64,000 nucleotides of DNA from Mobula hypostoma (taxonomy: Eukaryota). The position numbers and the translations under genes are program-made. This document shows positions 61,871 through 64,000 of the stretch, one piece after another (positions within the stretch are counted from its first letter, which is position 1; each line of letters starts with the position of its first letter). The stretch is taken from the NCBI RefSeq assembly GCF_963921235.1, contig NC_086108.1:39124001-39188000 (forward strand), written 5' to 3'. The notes beneath the pieces were generated by a model, which saw only the letters and a program-made list of their open reading frames with translations, had not been told where the DNA came from and did not search any database.

Positions 61871-62859
61871 AGTACATTTGTCTTCCCTATCCACAAAAGT
61901 GCTGTAATGCCTATCAACAGGTGTCAAACATTAAAAACGTCAGCTCCAGTCCATTCTCTGGTCAAAGGAAAAAAAAATTTGACTACAAAGACATGCCGAC
62001 TGTTCGTATTTTGCATCCTATAGAACAATGACCTGGTCTGATTCTTGGGAGTCCCTCAATCCACCCTAAAATGGATCTCAATAAAATGCAAATAACCTAA
62101 ACATCACCATGGTCACCAATAATCACCATGAAGGAAATATAACAACAAAGCATCATGTCTTTTCAAGTCAACAGATGTCACACCACTGAAACAAAACACC
62201 CATAAATGGATATTCAACCAATGAAGGAAGTAAAAATTCTTTGTCAGACTATGATTTGCTTTTTAGCAATAGCCCATGCTTACACTGATAAACCATTAAA
62301 AAGTAAGAAATTAATTGGCATAAAGTCTTGGCAACTCTGCAGGTTTTATTATCTGGGTTACATGGCAGATGTGTTTCCAAGACTAGGAATAGCACAAGTC
62401 ATTAACATCAGGTGTGGTCTCATTGCAAGAATCCTTGCACTTAAAACCAGAGCAGCAGAAAATTGCAGGCTATGTACACACAAAATGTGGGCAGCTTCCA
62501 TGTAAGCCGTCAGTGCCTGAGTGGTATCATCTTCAAGGCTAACCCACACATTAAAGATGTCGAGGGAACAAGCAAACTTGGCCTTAGCCCATGTTGCTTT
62601 GGCAGCAATTGCAGACAGCCTGCAAAGCAGCCATCTGAGCATAGTGAGTTTGAACACAGCAAAAGCACTTTGTATGTAATCCCTAGAGTAGGTAGAAATC
62701 ATTTCTCTGTGGCTGACCCAGCTTAAACACGCACCTTGATGATGCAACCAAATTAAAAATAAAGATTAAGTTTTTATACACACAAACATTATAGCCCCAA
62801 GGTAAGACACATCTTGCAATAAAAAGAAACAAATAAAACCACAATTTTCCAAAAATGTA

Positions 62860-62975
62860 GTAGAAACATAGAAAACCTATAGCATAATACAGGCCCTTCA
62901 GCCCACAGTGCTGTGCCAAACACATACTTACTTTAGAAATTACCTAGGGTTACCCATAGACCTCTATTTTTCAAG
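62860..62975 (-). mobile_element. CR1 3' tip
   Basis: tagaaacatagaaaacctatagcataatacaggcccttcagcccacagtgctgtgcc. Confidence 0.7.
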
Positions 62976-64000
62976 CAATTTTTTGCAATTAATATAAACA
63001 GGTTTTAAGCTGTACCTACTCAAAACAATGGCTTGCTCACTGTTGTTTTTAAATCACTCAGCTCCATATAATCAAATGTAACTTGCTCTAACAATAGAAC
63101 CTATCTTGGTGTTCCGCTTTCTTCCACTCAAACTATTCCAAGAAGAACGTAATGAAAATAATTATGTGGTGCAGCTTTCATGTTGGCATGGGATAACAAC
63201 CTGCAAGGTAGTGACTGAGGTCATCGTCATTAATGAAGACTTGAGACAACATCACATTGAATAAACTTAGAAATTTAACTATCACCTTTACAGAATCCCA
63301 ACAGCAAACCAATAACCCCTAATGAAGGGAACACAAAATGTTGGAAAATTACTTCAGAAGCAAGTTGATGACTTCCTATTCAAGAATACTAAAGGGACTA
63401 GCTGAACCAATAGGGAGAGAAAAATTAAACAGCAAATTAGTTTGCCCTGGGAAATGTGTTTATCTGCACAGGAAGAGGAGTGGTTAAGCAACCATTCATC
63501 ATATGTCAACAAATCCTCAGAGGAGATCACATATCACATGTTCCTCTTTTTTGCCAGTCTGATATTACTTCAAGATATTCAGTATAATTTAAAGATATTG
63601 AGAAAATATGTTGCAACAGCATTTCTCTTCCCATTTATTGCTGCCAACCTAGCTCAGGGAATAGCTGCTTACTTAAACTATCACAAGTAATAATCTTCGA
63701 GTACCTGGATGAGATGCCCAAACGCCATAAGAAAGAAAGAAAACTCAAAGATTGCATTTTAATTATAGATCCATCTCAAACAATTAAATTTTTTTTCAAA
63801 TCAAGTTTCTTATTTCTTTTTCAGTTTTAATCAAAGTACATTAGCAGTCATTGGTACTTGGATTGTGAGATAGAGTCACATTTCCTGAATTAGTATCTTT
63901 TTTAAAAGCTTCATATTAACTCAGACAAGATGCACCAATAAAAATCATTCATTTGGACTTCAATTCAAAAAAATTACATTGAAGTACTGCAGTTTGCCAT

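Noticed and set aside
62033..62076. 44-nt AG...GT segment starting (G)ATCCA and ending GACCAG, the size and end residues expected for the upstream DENND1B exon (DP...DQ)
   Set aside because: It reads DPF*GGLRDSQESDQ with an in-frame stop, lacks the conserved FPEDF/Y motif and has weak splice sites (GAG acceptor, GTCATT donor). The real exon is probably beyond the window.
1..64000. Prokaryotic operon, defence system, endogenous viral gene, or tRNA/rRNA gene
   Set aside because: No long intact ORFs or operon structure. The only Pol III-like boxes belong to SINEs, and all recognisable coding sequence is DENND1B exon or TE-derived.

Overview
Eukaryotic genomic DNA, inferred to be a cartilaginous fish (shark or ray) from its repeat content: CR1, Rex1/Babar, Penelope, V-SINE/HE1-like and DeuSINE/SacSINE-like elements. 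The whole window lies inside one minus-strand gene, DENND1B (connecdenn 2, a Rab35 GEF). Four coding exons of 50, 120, 70 and 81 nt have canonical GT-AG sites and splice in frame to EVLQTVLKFCFPFDVERVSRSQVGQHFTFVLTDIESRQRFGFCRLTSGCKVCICILSYLPWFEVYYKLLNTLADLLVKEQENDLNDILQTLYKHEVPLPNTPVNLSL. The introns (about 9.9, 31.0 and 4.4 kb) are dense with decayed and often nested transposons. Highlights: a full-length, young IR/DR-type Tc1 (DD34E, 214-bp TIRs); a BovB-like RTE with a 14-bp TSD; two other RTE lineages; a Penelope RT/GIY-YIG remnant plus Penelope termini carrying degenerate hammerhead ribozymes; and a three-level CR1>LTR>solo-LTR nest with a triplicated LTR end. Repeat-poor stretches contain candidate regulatory elements and candidate alternative exons that cannot be confirmed from sequence alone. 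Most ORFs in the supplied track are TE fragments or spurious. I found no convincing novel multi-gene system. Family assignments rest on recalled motifs, not database searches, and the boundaries of old repeats are approximate.
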